The translations under genes and the position numbers were made by a program. A model generated the notes under the pieces. That model had not been told where the DNA came from, ran no database searches, and was given only the letters and a program-made list of their open reading frames with translations. Of a DNA stretch of 64,000 nt, positions 49,546 to 62,272 are shown in pieces (position 1 is the first letter of the stretch; each line of letters opens with the position of its first letter). Source of the stretch: Phoronis australis (Eukaryota; Animalia; Phoronida). The stretch is from positions 249,009 through 313,008 of the forward strand of contig NMRA01000405.1 in the NCBI GenBank assembly GCA_002633005.1, read 5' to 3'.

Positions 49546-52500
49546 TTGGATGCTGATTGGACTTAGAAATATTAGCGATCAACAGGATATTCTTTCACAA
49601 AGAAAAACAACTGGGATTTTCTTAAAGCTCCAAACTACAGACCAAATTTTCCAATAGTACTTAGTTTTGCCTGAACACAAGACAACATTCTCGTTAGATG
49701 ACATAACTTCCATCCAAGTTTGCCCGTTTGTAAAATAGCAGTTCTGAAACAGCAGTTGCTCCTTGCTAGACTCCAATTCGAAATTAGCAGACACCATCTG
49801 GATTTTGTAATCCAACTTTAAATGCTTTCCTGATTAGAAGTGCATTTTTGTGTCTTTGAAAGAAAGTCACTTGTTAGAACTCTGGCCGGTTGCATGAAAG
49901 AGTACCAAATGGGGTTTCGACTAAGGTCCCTAGGTCTTTGTGTATTTGTGTCTTTATGGACTCATGGATGGAACATTTTTCTATCATTTTACCTTTATTC
50001 TGAGTCCCTCCTCAACTTATAATTAAATTGCTAAATCTGAGCCCAGAGTTCATTGAAAATAAATAGGAACCCGGTCCTTAAATTGAAGGTGTTGCATGAA
50101 AACATCCCTTATTATTATCGATGATACTGACAGTTCAACCTAGAGTTCACTCTCAATTTGTAGTCAAAGTCAAAAATTGACTTAGTGAGGAAACTAAAAC
50201 ATACAAGAAAGGACAATCGATGTTTTGACAAGTCCAAAAGTACGCCTTAAGTTGTAGGGAACTTACTCGAGTCCCTATTTGGGACAGTTTCAGGCAGCTG
50301 GGTACTGGAGTTTATAACCTACATGTACGTCTAGGCCAGATCAAAAACACTCCTAAAATGCCCAGTTAAAAACAATTCGCAAAAACCTAATTATTACACA
50401 TTTTGAGGGGGACTTAAAATCTAACCTGGGGAGTAAACAACTAGAAACAAAATATATGTTAGAAAAGATAATGTAATGAAGATAGTTTATTGCTTCTCGA
50501 CATCCCAACTTTTAAATTTCACAAGCTAAAATTGGTTACCTCTTCCAAAAGTAAGTTTGAAATCTCTGAGACTTGGGGAAAAAGCAACACTAACTATAAT
50601 GGTGTTACAGATGTGCAGCACTAACAATCTACTCGGGACCGATGCACCCAATCTCTATACTCAAAATTTTGTTTGACATTCTGTATTATAGTTTTGTGCG
50701 AACTCGAGATGAATACCAATTTCCAGTCCTAATTTTGCACATGACGACTCGTAAATACAAGCTTTAAACTCCAGACTTGGAGTTTAGACTCCAACGTAAA
50801 GCCTTAATGCTGGGGTCATCAAGTACAGACTAGAACTAGACATTTATTCACTCCAGCCATCGTGTACTGGGCAATAGAGAATGTCAAAAATAATTATACG
50901 AGTCCTGGTTACTTGGGAATTATTAATACGAGCTTGGGAGCATGGAACCTATATACTCAATAACTAACACAACGACCATGCATTGTCTAACTATAGCATT
51001 GTAGTGTGTGATAATGCGATAATTTTTGTGCCAAATGTGGCAGTAAATTTTCAAGGTATAACAAGCGATATGTTACGCTGTGTTGTCTGGAGTGTCTTTG
51101 GGAATTGTCACAGTTGTCCGGGAGGAACCATTGAAATGTCTTGATAAATAAAGTGGGTTTAAACGCACGTTCTGATCAAGCACCACACTTTGGATCACTT
51201 ACCGCTATAAAAGTGGTCTCGACTTCAATGAGAACTGACAGCTTATTTAATCGCTGAGCTGAGATTATGCTCGGCGTCTAAAATTTTACACCAAAGAGCA
51301 AAATCTCCATGTGGAGGATTACTCGCTCACACAGGTCACCGCTCAGATAGTACACAATACTTGTAGTTTTTAGCTTATTAGTTCATCGATTTTTAAAAAT
51401 CGAAAACCACGTGTGGCCGTTTTTTTCGTCTGAATTCCGCCGTGGTATTCATTTTTAACAAAAATTATTGGTTAATGCATTTTGAAAATCCCCTTTTCGT
51501 ACAGACAGAGATGTTTAATACAGTTAATGGTTTCAGCAATTACACTTAATTGGGCCTTGCTCACACCGGCCAATGCGGCGCTGCACTCTCTTTGATCCTA
51601 ATAAAAGCCGTTCAGAAGGACGCGCGGTGAAGCACACCTTCAGAAATGCGCGACTTCCTTGTAAGCGTATTATTCACGGTATGCGAGCAATAAGGAACTG
51701 TCAGTTCTTTCGAAACGCTGAAAAGGAACAAATTGAGATCAATTTCTTCATGGTGTGTTGTCTTAATCAAAAGTTGGTGTTTAGGATGCACGGTGGGATT
51801 ATAGTGACTTTAAACTTTGTAGCCAATACTCAGGTGTAAGTTCACCAGAGCGTTTTTCACCACTTGCTGACAGGGAAATTAAGCAAAATAGGAAAAAAAT
51901 TCTTGTTTAGTGTGTTAGTACTAACAAAATCAAATTCCCTTGAATGACATGTTTAAAATAAACTACCAACGGTCTTCGCGGTTGTATTTCGCCTCTTTTT
52001 ACCATCCAACAACGAATCAAATTATCTGGCACCTTTTATTCTTAGTTTTTGACCTAATGACGTCATGTAGAATGCCAGCCAATGTGCACTTTGAGTGTGA
52101 TGTGCATGAGCACTTGATTCTACACTTTCACTGGACGGACTTCCAACCCCATTTGAGGATTGATTTACCAACTACTACTAACACTATACATTTCAAAATT
52201 GCTTTTCGTCTTTCCTGCTCTATTTGTATTACCATATTTTTGCACCCTTCGCTCTGATAATCACAAGCCACTTTGTCTGAATAGTTGTACAGTTAAAGAG
52301 GCCTGGAACGCGATAAACAAATAAAGTTGCAATATTGAAAGTGGTTTTCTGCCACTAAAACAGAAGCCCACCTGCTCACCAAGTATTTTTAGGGATTGTT
52401 CGTAAAGATTTTTAAGTTCTGTAGATATCAAAGCGTTTTATTAGCTATCTGTCAACTGCTCGACACTTCATTTTTTCTCCCACAAGGCAAAGCGCTTCTC

Positions 52501-53192
52501 CTTATTTGGTATGGCAAGATATAGATTTAACATATTTCCCATATATGGAAAATATGACCTTTGAGGTCAGACGACCAAGCAACTGACTAAGCCATGCACG
52601 CATTTATCATAAGTGGGAAGGAGAATAGAAACTTCATGGTAACCACAGAGTTTTCTCTTCACGTATTTCAAAAATTGTGAATTTTGTAATTTTTGTGAAA
52701 AGAGTATTACTCTGTACTAGACTTGGTGAAAGATATTTTTAACGAGCTTTCGCTTTCCATGCCTCTGTAAATTTCTTGAATTTAGGCCACAATAATGACT
52801 ATGTCAGATGAGTGGAAAGTTTCACTTCTTTGTAGCCATGATTTGTTTGATGCAGCTGTCAACAAATAATTGCCGATAAAATTTTGAGCCGTAACAACAA
52901 TTATTTTAGTCCCAGATTGTAGAATTTGTACTGATATATCAATTGCTTCAGTGTGCGATTCTTTTCAATCTCATTATGAGATCAACAGTACAACGAACAA
53001 AATTGATAGTTTTGTTACAACAGTAAATCTTGAGCAAAACCACACTTCACACCAAAGAAGAATTGAATTTTAGTTGATAAACGTCAAATGCACAGTCAAG
53101 TTCTCGACTTGTCCAAGGTCACTTGAAGGTCACGTTCTCGACTACAGTCTTCTCAACATTTCACATTATATCTACTAAGTGTCCTATTGTTG

Positions 53193-56100
53193 TTAGGACT
53201 TCATGGGTTCTTGGCCTCCTGTTTTGATGCCTTGCTTTTCTAATTCAAGCCTGGAACAAATGGAAATTACTAATTTAAGACAACACTGCCATCACAACAT
53301 TTGGGGCTTTTCAGCAGACGACTGAAAGCAATGATTTGGACCACTTACGATTATAAAATCCATTTCACATTGTACCTCAGTGGAAACAGATGTGACTTCT
53401 GTGCTTGAAAAGAAGAGAACAGACAATTCATCATTGCTTGGGAACAAGCCATACAAGTTGTGTTGCCATGGCGTGTTATTTTATATGCTGAGGATGGCCT
53501 CAGGGAATAACGAAGTGTCAGTTCTTTGTAAACCCAGAACCTACTTCTCATCTGAGCTCAGAACAAGTTGAAGTACAGTAAGTTTCATAGTGGCAAGAGA
53601 TCAAAGTTACATGTTAGTTTCCTTGATGAAGTTTTCACTTGGATTTCGAAAACTAATGGCCTTTTGAGTAACTTCCATACATGACACCATTGCAGTAGTA
53701 TTTGTAATCCAAAAAAATGTTTTTGAATTTTTGTACTAGGTCAGTCCAAAAATGGTAGTGGCACTTAGCCTACTGAACACACTAATGATGATGCATCACA
53801 ATTTCTGGCAATTCTCAACCTCGACTGCCACTGTTAAAGTAAGATTGTGGAAGACAAAGGCATACAATCGGATATACCATATGCGCACTCACTTATGAAA
53901 TCAACTGCACACTCTTAAGACACTTAAAAATCATTCTGACTCCATGCAATTCTGCACTTACAAGTAAGAACAAGCTTTCACACACGTACTGAAAGCACTT
54001 GCGTGTTGTCTCACTGCAAACCACTGTTACCTTTGATTAAAATGGAAGCATTTTTAAAATTGATAATTGGAAACTTAATGCCCCACAGCACCCCCATTGT
54101 AAATTGCCAATGCTAAAACAGGATTTTAAATTGCATCATTCACGACATACAATATTGGTCTCGACTTGTTCCTTACTCGGGTTAAAATTGACATTTAGGT
54201 TTGAGAAGCACAGACAATTTAATGATGTGAAGAAAGTTGGTCTTTGCCAGTGTCTTGCTTTTGTGTTCATCTGTCAGGCAATCTAGCTTAAGCAGGGCAA
54301 ACTGGCCTCAGTAGAAGTAGTTCTTGAAACAAAGGCAGGTACTTGGGGCTTAAATTAATGAATTTGAATATGCTATAGCATGTTGTGAATTATACTATCC
54401 ACCAACAATAAAAAAGTTTACTCTCTGAAATCAGTCCCTTTACTGAGGTGTGAGAAGGGTACATGCTTTTAAATATAGCACACAAAGAGTTGGGTATGTT
54501 GATTTTTATTATGTCAAATTTGCAATTACTTTTGTGTGTAACCGAAGAGAGAGAATACCGTAAACAACAACACCAGTTTACTCGTCGATCCATGGTATTA
54601 TAATGATTCATAGTATCATAGTATGGGACTTTTTACTTTTTAGTTTCACAGTGCAGATGAGCAAGGACAAGGGTATGTGGACTGTGATTTTTTGCCTTAC
54701 TTTACGATCACGTAGTAGTGAAAAAACAAAAAGTAAAATGTACATCTGAGCTAGGATTTGTTAAAAGTGTACCTTAGTTGGCATGAGAAGTCGTCCTCCA
54801 CATTCTCATCATCCCAGTTATCGTTCCAGACATTCACATCACCCTTATCTTCATCGGCACCGGACCAGTCTGCAGAGAATACAGTTGTTTTTATTTTTTT
54901 AACTGTGATGACAAACAAGGACTCTATAAAATAACCAATGTAAAACGTATATATCAGGGAAAAGAATATTCATACACACAAGCATTCGCAGATGCATGCC
55001 GGTAATGTTCGAACAGTTATAAGTGTCACTACAGTTACGAACACTCTTTAATGAAAAAGCAGGCCATCCAGATCTAGGATACCGAATTGGAGAGATGTCC
55101 AGAACAACACTCAAAAAATATTATACCTGGTCATTTTTTTGTCTTAATTGTGCATGTGAAATGAAATGGGATATACAGTGTCGTCAAAATTGACTATGAC
55201 ATGGTCTAGCGTTGTTTAGTCACTGAAAATCCTATCGAATTCTGAAGCAGAAGTGAAATTGGTTGTTTTGAACCTTAGATAAAATGCACACTACAAGTTG
55301 CGTGATGTACTAATATTCAAGTAAATTGCCACTCAAACTATTTTTTAAATATTTTAGAAATCAAAAATAATTTTTTCTTGGTCGCTTATTGTTTACAGTG
55401 TCGTTAACTAAAGGATTATATGTAATGAATGGCTATGCACTGTGATTGTCTGCTGCCCTTGGGTCAAATTTCACTATAAATAAATGACCCCAAATAGAAA
55501 TCGAGGTCCCGGCAGCCAATCACAGGGTAGCTACTTATCAGCAAGTATGTCACGTAGTGGTTGGTATAATTGACAACCTCATGACAATTCCAATATATTG
55601 TGGAAAGTAAGAAGTTACTCATTTGTATACAACACGAGAAGTGTATGTGATAGTACTAGTGGTATCACATGCTGGCGAATTTGCCAATGAATCATAACCA
55701 TATAAGAAACATAAATGTTGGACACTAAACATTTTGCCGAGCCTAAGCTCTGAACTTCAATTGTCTCAAATTCAAATACAAGAGCAACACGAAGCGTTGA
55801 AATACGCTCACGAATACATTGCAAATGGTGTGCATCTAAAGTGTTTATTTGCATCATAAAAATGGCCACTAGATAGTGCAAAATATTTCGAATCTATCAA
55901 AAAAATGGAAAATGTCACCGTTTTTTAACAGTAAGCTATTTACCACATTTCATGAAAATCCGTCAAGAAACTTTAGCAAAACGGAAAAAATGAAATTGCC
56001 ACTAGGGGACAAATGTTCATCGGATCTGTCTGAAAGTTGTCATCTTCCGTTGTCAACCTCATATATACACTTGCTAAATTTAATAAACAATCTGCACAAG

Positions 56101-58187
56101 GCTTAGGAGATACAGCTAAGAGCACGAAAAAACTGCCACTAGGACGCGCCACAGTAATTGAAGCCGGAAATCATCGTCAAACGTTCTCTTCACACTAACA
56201 ATATATAAGCCAATTTTCACAATCATCCTAAGAGTGGTTTGGTTGACAGAGGGCGGACGGCAAAAACAGACTAGAGAACAGTAATAATGGCCACTAGATG
56301 GCTCAAAATATGTCGAATCCATCTGAAAACCCGAAAATGTCACAGTTTCTTTAAAAGAAAAGATATTTAACAAATTTCATGAAAATTCGTCGAGGAACTT
56401 CAGAGAAACAGGAAAACAGAAAAAATGAAATTGCCACTAAGAAGCAGTGTTAGTCGGACCCGTTTGAAAGTGATCGTCTTCTGTTAATTTCATACAAACA
56501 CATTTGCTCCATTTAATACAGATCCTGTAAAGTGTTTAGAATATACAGCCATGGGCACAAAAACAAACAAAACTGCCACTATGAGGCGCCACAGTAGTCG
56601 AAGTCGTCCGAAAATCATCGACAATCGTCCTCTTCATAGTAAGACCATACATGCCAATTTTCGCAATCATCCTTAGAGTGGTTTGGTTGACAGAGGGGCG
56701 GATGCCAAAAACAGACTTGAAAATAGTAAAAATGGCCACTAGATGGCGCAAAATGCCTCGAATCCATCCGAAAACGGGAGGATAGCGTCACCTCATTAAT
56801 GGATGCCTATACGCAAAATTTCATGAATATCAGTTGAGGACCTTTCAAGATACAGAGGCAAACGTAAAAAAACTAAAATTGCCACTAGGGGGCCAACCGA
56901 TATTCGGGTCGGTCCGAAACTCTTCGCCCTCTGTTGCCAACCCTATAGGAACACACCTGCCAAATTTCATTTAGATCCTGCAAGGGGTTTAGGAGATACA
57001 GCCACGGATGCCAGACAGAGATGACGGCAATACGCACCCACATATAAATATGTTAGCAGCGAGCGCATAAAAATCTGAATGCACCTTCATCAGACTGGTA
57101 TTGTTGAAACCCCCGAAGCCTTACCTTCAATCAGACTGGTATTGTTGAAACCCCCGAAGCCTTACCTTCCATCAGACTGGTATTGTTGAAACCCCCGAAG
57201 CCTTACCTTCCATCAGACTGGTATTGTTGAAACCCCCGAAGCCTTACCTTCCCTTGATCCTAATAAATTGTTAAACTCTAAATTCAAGGAGGCTAAATAG
57301 GTAACAAGGTGGATTTCAGTGATGCCTTAACATGTACACTAAGTGAAAATAAAAGTTCGAGTTTGAGCAAGCATAGGCAATGACCATCGCCTCTGTTGGA
57401 CCGAACCAGAGGCGATGCAGAGGCTATAGGCGCTCTGTACGCCGGAAGCTTTTCGGCGAATTATGCCTCGCACCGACTAAACCATCAGAGTCACGTTGTT
57501 ATAAATACCTTTTGCTTTTTTGATGGTCATTGCCTAGAGCAAGCAAAGCCTATGCTATGGCAAACACAGGAAATTGTCATCCAATTTGAAAACATAAAGG
57601 CCAGTAAAATTAAACTTCCAATTACGTGTAGAGCTCATTTTATTAATTAACATAGTTCAGTTTCAAGAACTGGAATACCTTTTGTTTGATCATGACATTG
57701 TGTGCTACATTTGGTTGAAGCACATTGGACATTCGACTTATCACTTATGTCTGACCGCATGTTCATCACGACACAGGAAATCACCAATCGGCAACAGCCG
57801 GATTTCAATCCTGTGTAAATCTATTGAATTTTGAGTCTGATATGGACGATTGAAGTGAAGCATCCGTGGAATTTTAGTCCCGAGTGTCATACTTTGCAGC
57901 ATATACAAGAATATGGTGTACTTGGAACGATCAGAAGCTGAGGACGCCTGTGGGCGAGGCGACGTCGATGACATCGCGATTTCATTTTCAGACGACGCAT
58001 TTCCAGAGACTGTAGGACTATTCAGAGACAATATGAGAAGCACACATTCTCAAATGCACTAAATAATTCCCAGAGTTCTGTGTTTTTTGACTGCACCACT
58101 CAGTTACGTACCTTCCGCCGGGAATTCTTCAAATTCGTCGTCTTCTTCGAGAAGCCCCAAGTCGACTTTCTTTTGTGTGTCAGACAT
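53193..58187 (-). CDS. SEM1: 26S proteasome complex subunit SEM1/DSS1, 3 coding exons, 76 aa
   Basis: Exons 58187-58112, 54869-54773, 53250-53193 give [76 protein letters not shown]; GT-AG and phase-consistent. Not visible in the ORF track. Confidence 0.97.
55778..57073 (-). mobile_element. Helentron-associated interspersed element (HINE/DINE-1-like) with internal ~430-bp tandem units
   Basis: Minus strand starts TTTTTATGCGCTCG, has a short TCTG/TCCG tract and internal degenerate repeats (AATGGCCACTAGAT at ~55861, ~56286, ~56730), and ends with stem-loop CAACGCTTCGTGTTG-CTCTTGT. Confidence 0.7.
57083..57252. repeat. Tandem repeat, 41 bp x 4, carrying a minus-strand donor consensus GAAG|GTAAGG
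   Basis: ATCAGACTGGTATTGTTGAAACCCCCGAAGCCTTACCTTCC at 57089, 57130, 57171 and 57212. Confidence 0.97.
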
Positions 58188-58787
58188 GTTGATGTTAATT
58201 TATTTGATTTCCTAACAGTAAAGAACGTTGTTTCAGGGGAGACAATTTCTACCAACAAGTGCAGAGGGGAAAGTGGTCGCCACACTTGGATGGCTTCCGC
58301 AGACCGAACGGTCAATATCAGTTTGTCTGAGCAGTACTTGACCATCGTGAAAAATATAGTCCAACAGGGAGCAAATTTTACATGAGTGTATATAACTGTA
58401 ACTTTCTACGGGGAGGGGGGGAAAGGTCCAGCCCCAGCCTATCCGTTAAAGATAGGATATAGAGAGACAACAACAACAACAACAAAATTGATGCAGCTAC
58501 TGGTACTAACTAACTAACGTAGTAATTTTGAATTTGCTTCTCATTCAAAGCGCTTCACGTAATCATCGTGCCCTACCCGGCCCCAGGGCCCATCTTCGCC
58601 CGAGTGGTGTTTGCGCAGATGACAGGAACGAGCAGGCGATTGTAGAGAAGGCTTTGCGCCCTCAGTTGGCATTGAGCGTGCGTGCCGGGTTGCTACACCA
58701 TTATCGTCGATAGTTATCGTTGGCCAAAAGGGTGAACGTTTCGCCGTTAAATTACGTGCGTAAGTTAATTCTTGTTAGAGGCATAAA

Positions 58788-58970
58788 ATAATTATTTGCG
58801 GCGTAAAGTACTTTTTTACGGCGTAATTATTTGCGGCGTAGACTTAAAGTAATTATTTACGGCGCAAAGTAATTATTTTCGGTGTCAAGTAGGCCTAATT
58901 ATATATTTACGGCGTCAAGTAAGTATTTGAATCGTAAATTAATTATTTACAGCATAAAGTAATTATTTAC
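58788..58970. repeat. Degenerate ~20-22 bp minisatellite
   Basis: AATTATTTACGGCGTAAAGT-like unit repeated about 8 times. Confidence 0.85.
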
Positions 58971-60383
58971 CTGCATAGATAGGTGCCAGCAATTTCAAAT
59001 TTCGAATTGAAGATGATCGTCAAATGATTGTTGTTCATCTAGTGTCCACCTTGGAGTGGTGGATTGACATGCATGCTTGTTAATCAGTGTCAATGGAACG
59101 CAGCCTCGCAGACTTCATACGAGCAACGAATTTGATGGGAAAGTTTTCCAAAGTTACATGTCACTATTCCAAAGGTACACTACTCCAAAAATCCATTAGG
59201 AGTCGCTACAATTAATCAGTTACGAAAAATGTCACATGATGGCTAAAGATTTTGGAATCGCTATGCTGATCAGTCACGAAGAACCTGTACTGAATGAGCA
59301 CATAGGCGGATTTAGGGAGGGGGGGGAGGGGGCCCGGGCGGAAAAGTTCCAGCCTCAGCCTATCCGTTAATGGTCAAGTATGATGCCAGAATGACTATTT
59401 GTACATCTAAAATACATTTATTGATGAAAAACATCAAAATACTGTGTCATAGCATACATCAGCCGTTAATTAAGTAGGCCGTCGATAACACAGTAGCCCC
59501 ATCACGAACCACATTTAGCGCCAAAAAAAAACTTGAGACGGCGCTTTCACTAATCGAAGTCTATGACGTCATCGTTACAACGAATTTGGCTGTCACCGTG
59601 TCTCCAGAGTATTGGAATCAGAAATGACTGGCCATTTAATTTACTGCAAAATACGTGGAAAATCAAGGAAACACATTAATTTTTCATGTCATGCCAGTTA
59701 ATATTAAAATTAATCAAAATCACTACCTTTAGAATTTTTATCAATTATTTAGCACACATTCTATTACGGGCCCGTATGGGAATCCCCGGGAGTGTGACTG
59801 GGGCCATCGAAACAGCCGGAAAAACAAAACGCTTCGTCTGAATTGTTATCAGCAATTTCACAATGTTTATTATATAGAGTAATTTGTTTGATACAAAAAC
59901 TTTGATGTTAGGAACATTCCATTCATGTCTTTTTGAAGCCGAAGGTGTGAACGCTGCGTGATTCCAATACGGACGGCTGTCGAGTGTGTGTCCCGTATTG
60001 GTATAGACAATAGGCCGTTTAATTTGGTGCAAAATACACATATCAGCTTGATCTTTTCATACAATGCCATTTAATTCGAATTCATTGAACATTTTATATT
60101 GGAAACTCAATTTTCAAAATAAGTCGCCTTGAAATGCTGCAACCCGTAATCGCCGCCATTTTGACTCGGTCAAGCTAAAAAATTGAAAATTTAATAGCAA
60201 CACAACATTGTGCGAGTCTGTGACAAATTATAACTACGAAATAAAGTCTGTTTTGCACGAAAACATACCCAATCATAAAAATTTGTAATCAATTGAATGT
60301 TTTAAATTCAGTATCAGAATTCCGTTAGGCCAACGGGAACGACCCATATCAGACTGAATATTCCGGATTTCCCTTACAAAATT

Positions 60384-60800
60384 GAACTTAAGTTTTCATC
60401 GAAAAACTTAAGTTTTTGGTCTGAAAAACTTAAGTTTTCATGCACGAAAACTTAAGTATTTTGGAACAAGTTTTTTGGAACGAACTTAAGTTTTCATAAC
60501 TTAAGTTTTCAAAAGCTTAAGTTTTTCAAAACTTTAAGTTCTAAAAACTTAAATTTTCTGAAAACTTAAGTTTTAAAAACTTGAGTGTGTTCCAAAAAAC
60601 TTGTTTCAAAATACTTAAGTTTTGGACAACTTAAGTTTCAGAAACTTAAGTTTTTGAAAAACTTAAGTTTTGGAACAAGTTTTTGGTAACACACATAAGT
60701 CATCAAAACTTAAGTTTTTGAAAACTAAGTTTTCAGAACATAAGTTTTCAAGGAACTAACTTTTTGAAATCTGAAGTTTTCTAAAAGCAATAAGTTTCAA
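60384..60800. repeat. Array of palindromic AAAACTTAAGTTTT motifs
   Basis: About a dozen exact ACTTAAGT cores plus several one-off variants at ~15-25 bp spacing. Confidence 0.9.
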
Positions 60801-61526
60801 TATAACAGGCATTCAAAAATTTCGATTTTCACTAAAACAAGAGTGGAGTACAGCAACAAATTTAATGATTCTCATAGAAGATTTAACAAACTAGAGTTCT
60901 GTTAACATTTCATTAACAGTGATTAACTGCAGAAAATAAAATGCACTTCTTAAAATACACTATTTCCTTAAAATAAGTGCAAAAAGTGAAATATCATAAT
61001 CTTAAAAACCAGAAACATTTCAAAAATCAGTTCATCAAGTGTCATGCATACAACGCAGTGAAAACTAAATGAGGCTAATAATATATTCATATTTGCATCG
61101 TTCTCAGTCTATGACAATACGCGATAACTGAGGGAGAAAAATGGAATGTATAAACAGAGCACTACCAAATCATGAAACACAACCAAAGAAAATGTGATTA
61201 CATAGCCAGGAAGGACTACAACAAAAGTCTACGTTTCAACAGCACAGACTTTTTCAACTGAAATTACAGCAATGACACCAAGAATAACAAATCCTTTAAT
61301 ATGCAAAATCCAAGAACCTTCCGTGGGCGGTACTACCCACCCATCTCTCCTGTCCACTTCAATGCCCGTGGGTTCCTCAATCAACCTCTCAGCGTTCGTT
61401 TCCTCTTTGGTTTCCAATTCCGTCGTCCTAACCCCCTCCCTCAACCCCCCCCTCAAGTTTTTTCCCGCCCGTTTTCCCCCTGCCTCATTGCCTCATCCCC
61501 CTCCCCTTTTCTCCCGTCCGTCATAT

Positions 61527-61872
61527 TGTTGCGTCCGTGACGCCTGGCACTGTGTGCCTCACCTTTGGGTGACCGTGTCACCTCTTTGGCACTGTGTGCC
61601 CCTAGTGTTGCGTCTGTGACGCCTGGCACTGTGTGCCTCATTTATGGGTGACTGTGTCACCTCTTTGGCACTGTGTGCCCCTAGTGTTGCGTCTGTGACG
61701 CCTGACACTATGTGCCTCACCTTTGGGTGACCGTGTCACCTCTTTGGCACTGCCACTAGTGTTGCGTCTGTGACGCCTGGCACTGTGTGCCTCCTTTATG
61801 TGTGACTGTGTCACCTCTTTGGCACTGTGTGCCCCTACTGTTGCATCTGTGACCCCAGACACTGTGTGCCTT
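61527..61872. repeat. Tandem repeat, ~79 bp x ~4.4, upstream of the Ngaro-like ORF1
   Basis: TTGCGTCTGTGACGCCTGGCACTGTGTGCCTC..GTGTCACCTCTTTGGCACTGTGTGCCCCTAG at ~61529, 61608, 61687, 61762 and 61841. Confidence 0.92.
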
Positions 61873-62272
61873 CTGTCAGGTGCCTATTTCTCCTGTGGGG
61901 CCCCGTGTCCTTTCCCCTCCACCCCCTCATTAACACTTCGTTGCACTGTGTGCCTTATCTTCCCCTCCCCGTGACTACTTTTCAGTTTTTCTCCTCCCTC
62001 CCCTTGGGATCCGTGTTTTTCTGTCCATGGACCTTGGGCCCTGCGTTCCCCTTTTCGGGCTTCCTCTACGTCTCTCCCCATGTACCCCCGTTTCCCACCC
62101 CTTACTTGGGGTTTTGTTCTTACCTGTCCTTCCTTCCCAGCCATCTTTCTCCCTTATACATCCCACGTTTCCCTCGATTGTGTTCCACCTCTAGGGTTCG
62201 GCCACCCCTTCCCGGGGCGGTCATTCCCCTTTTTTGCACCAGCCTCTCTGCCGCTCCGTTTTTCTTTTTCAG

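Noticed and set aside
25568-57252. 42-, 56-, 44- and 41-bp arrays as possible CRISPR arrays
   Set aside because: Units are head-to-tail with no unique spacers, there are no cas genes, and the context is eukaryotic.
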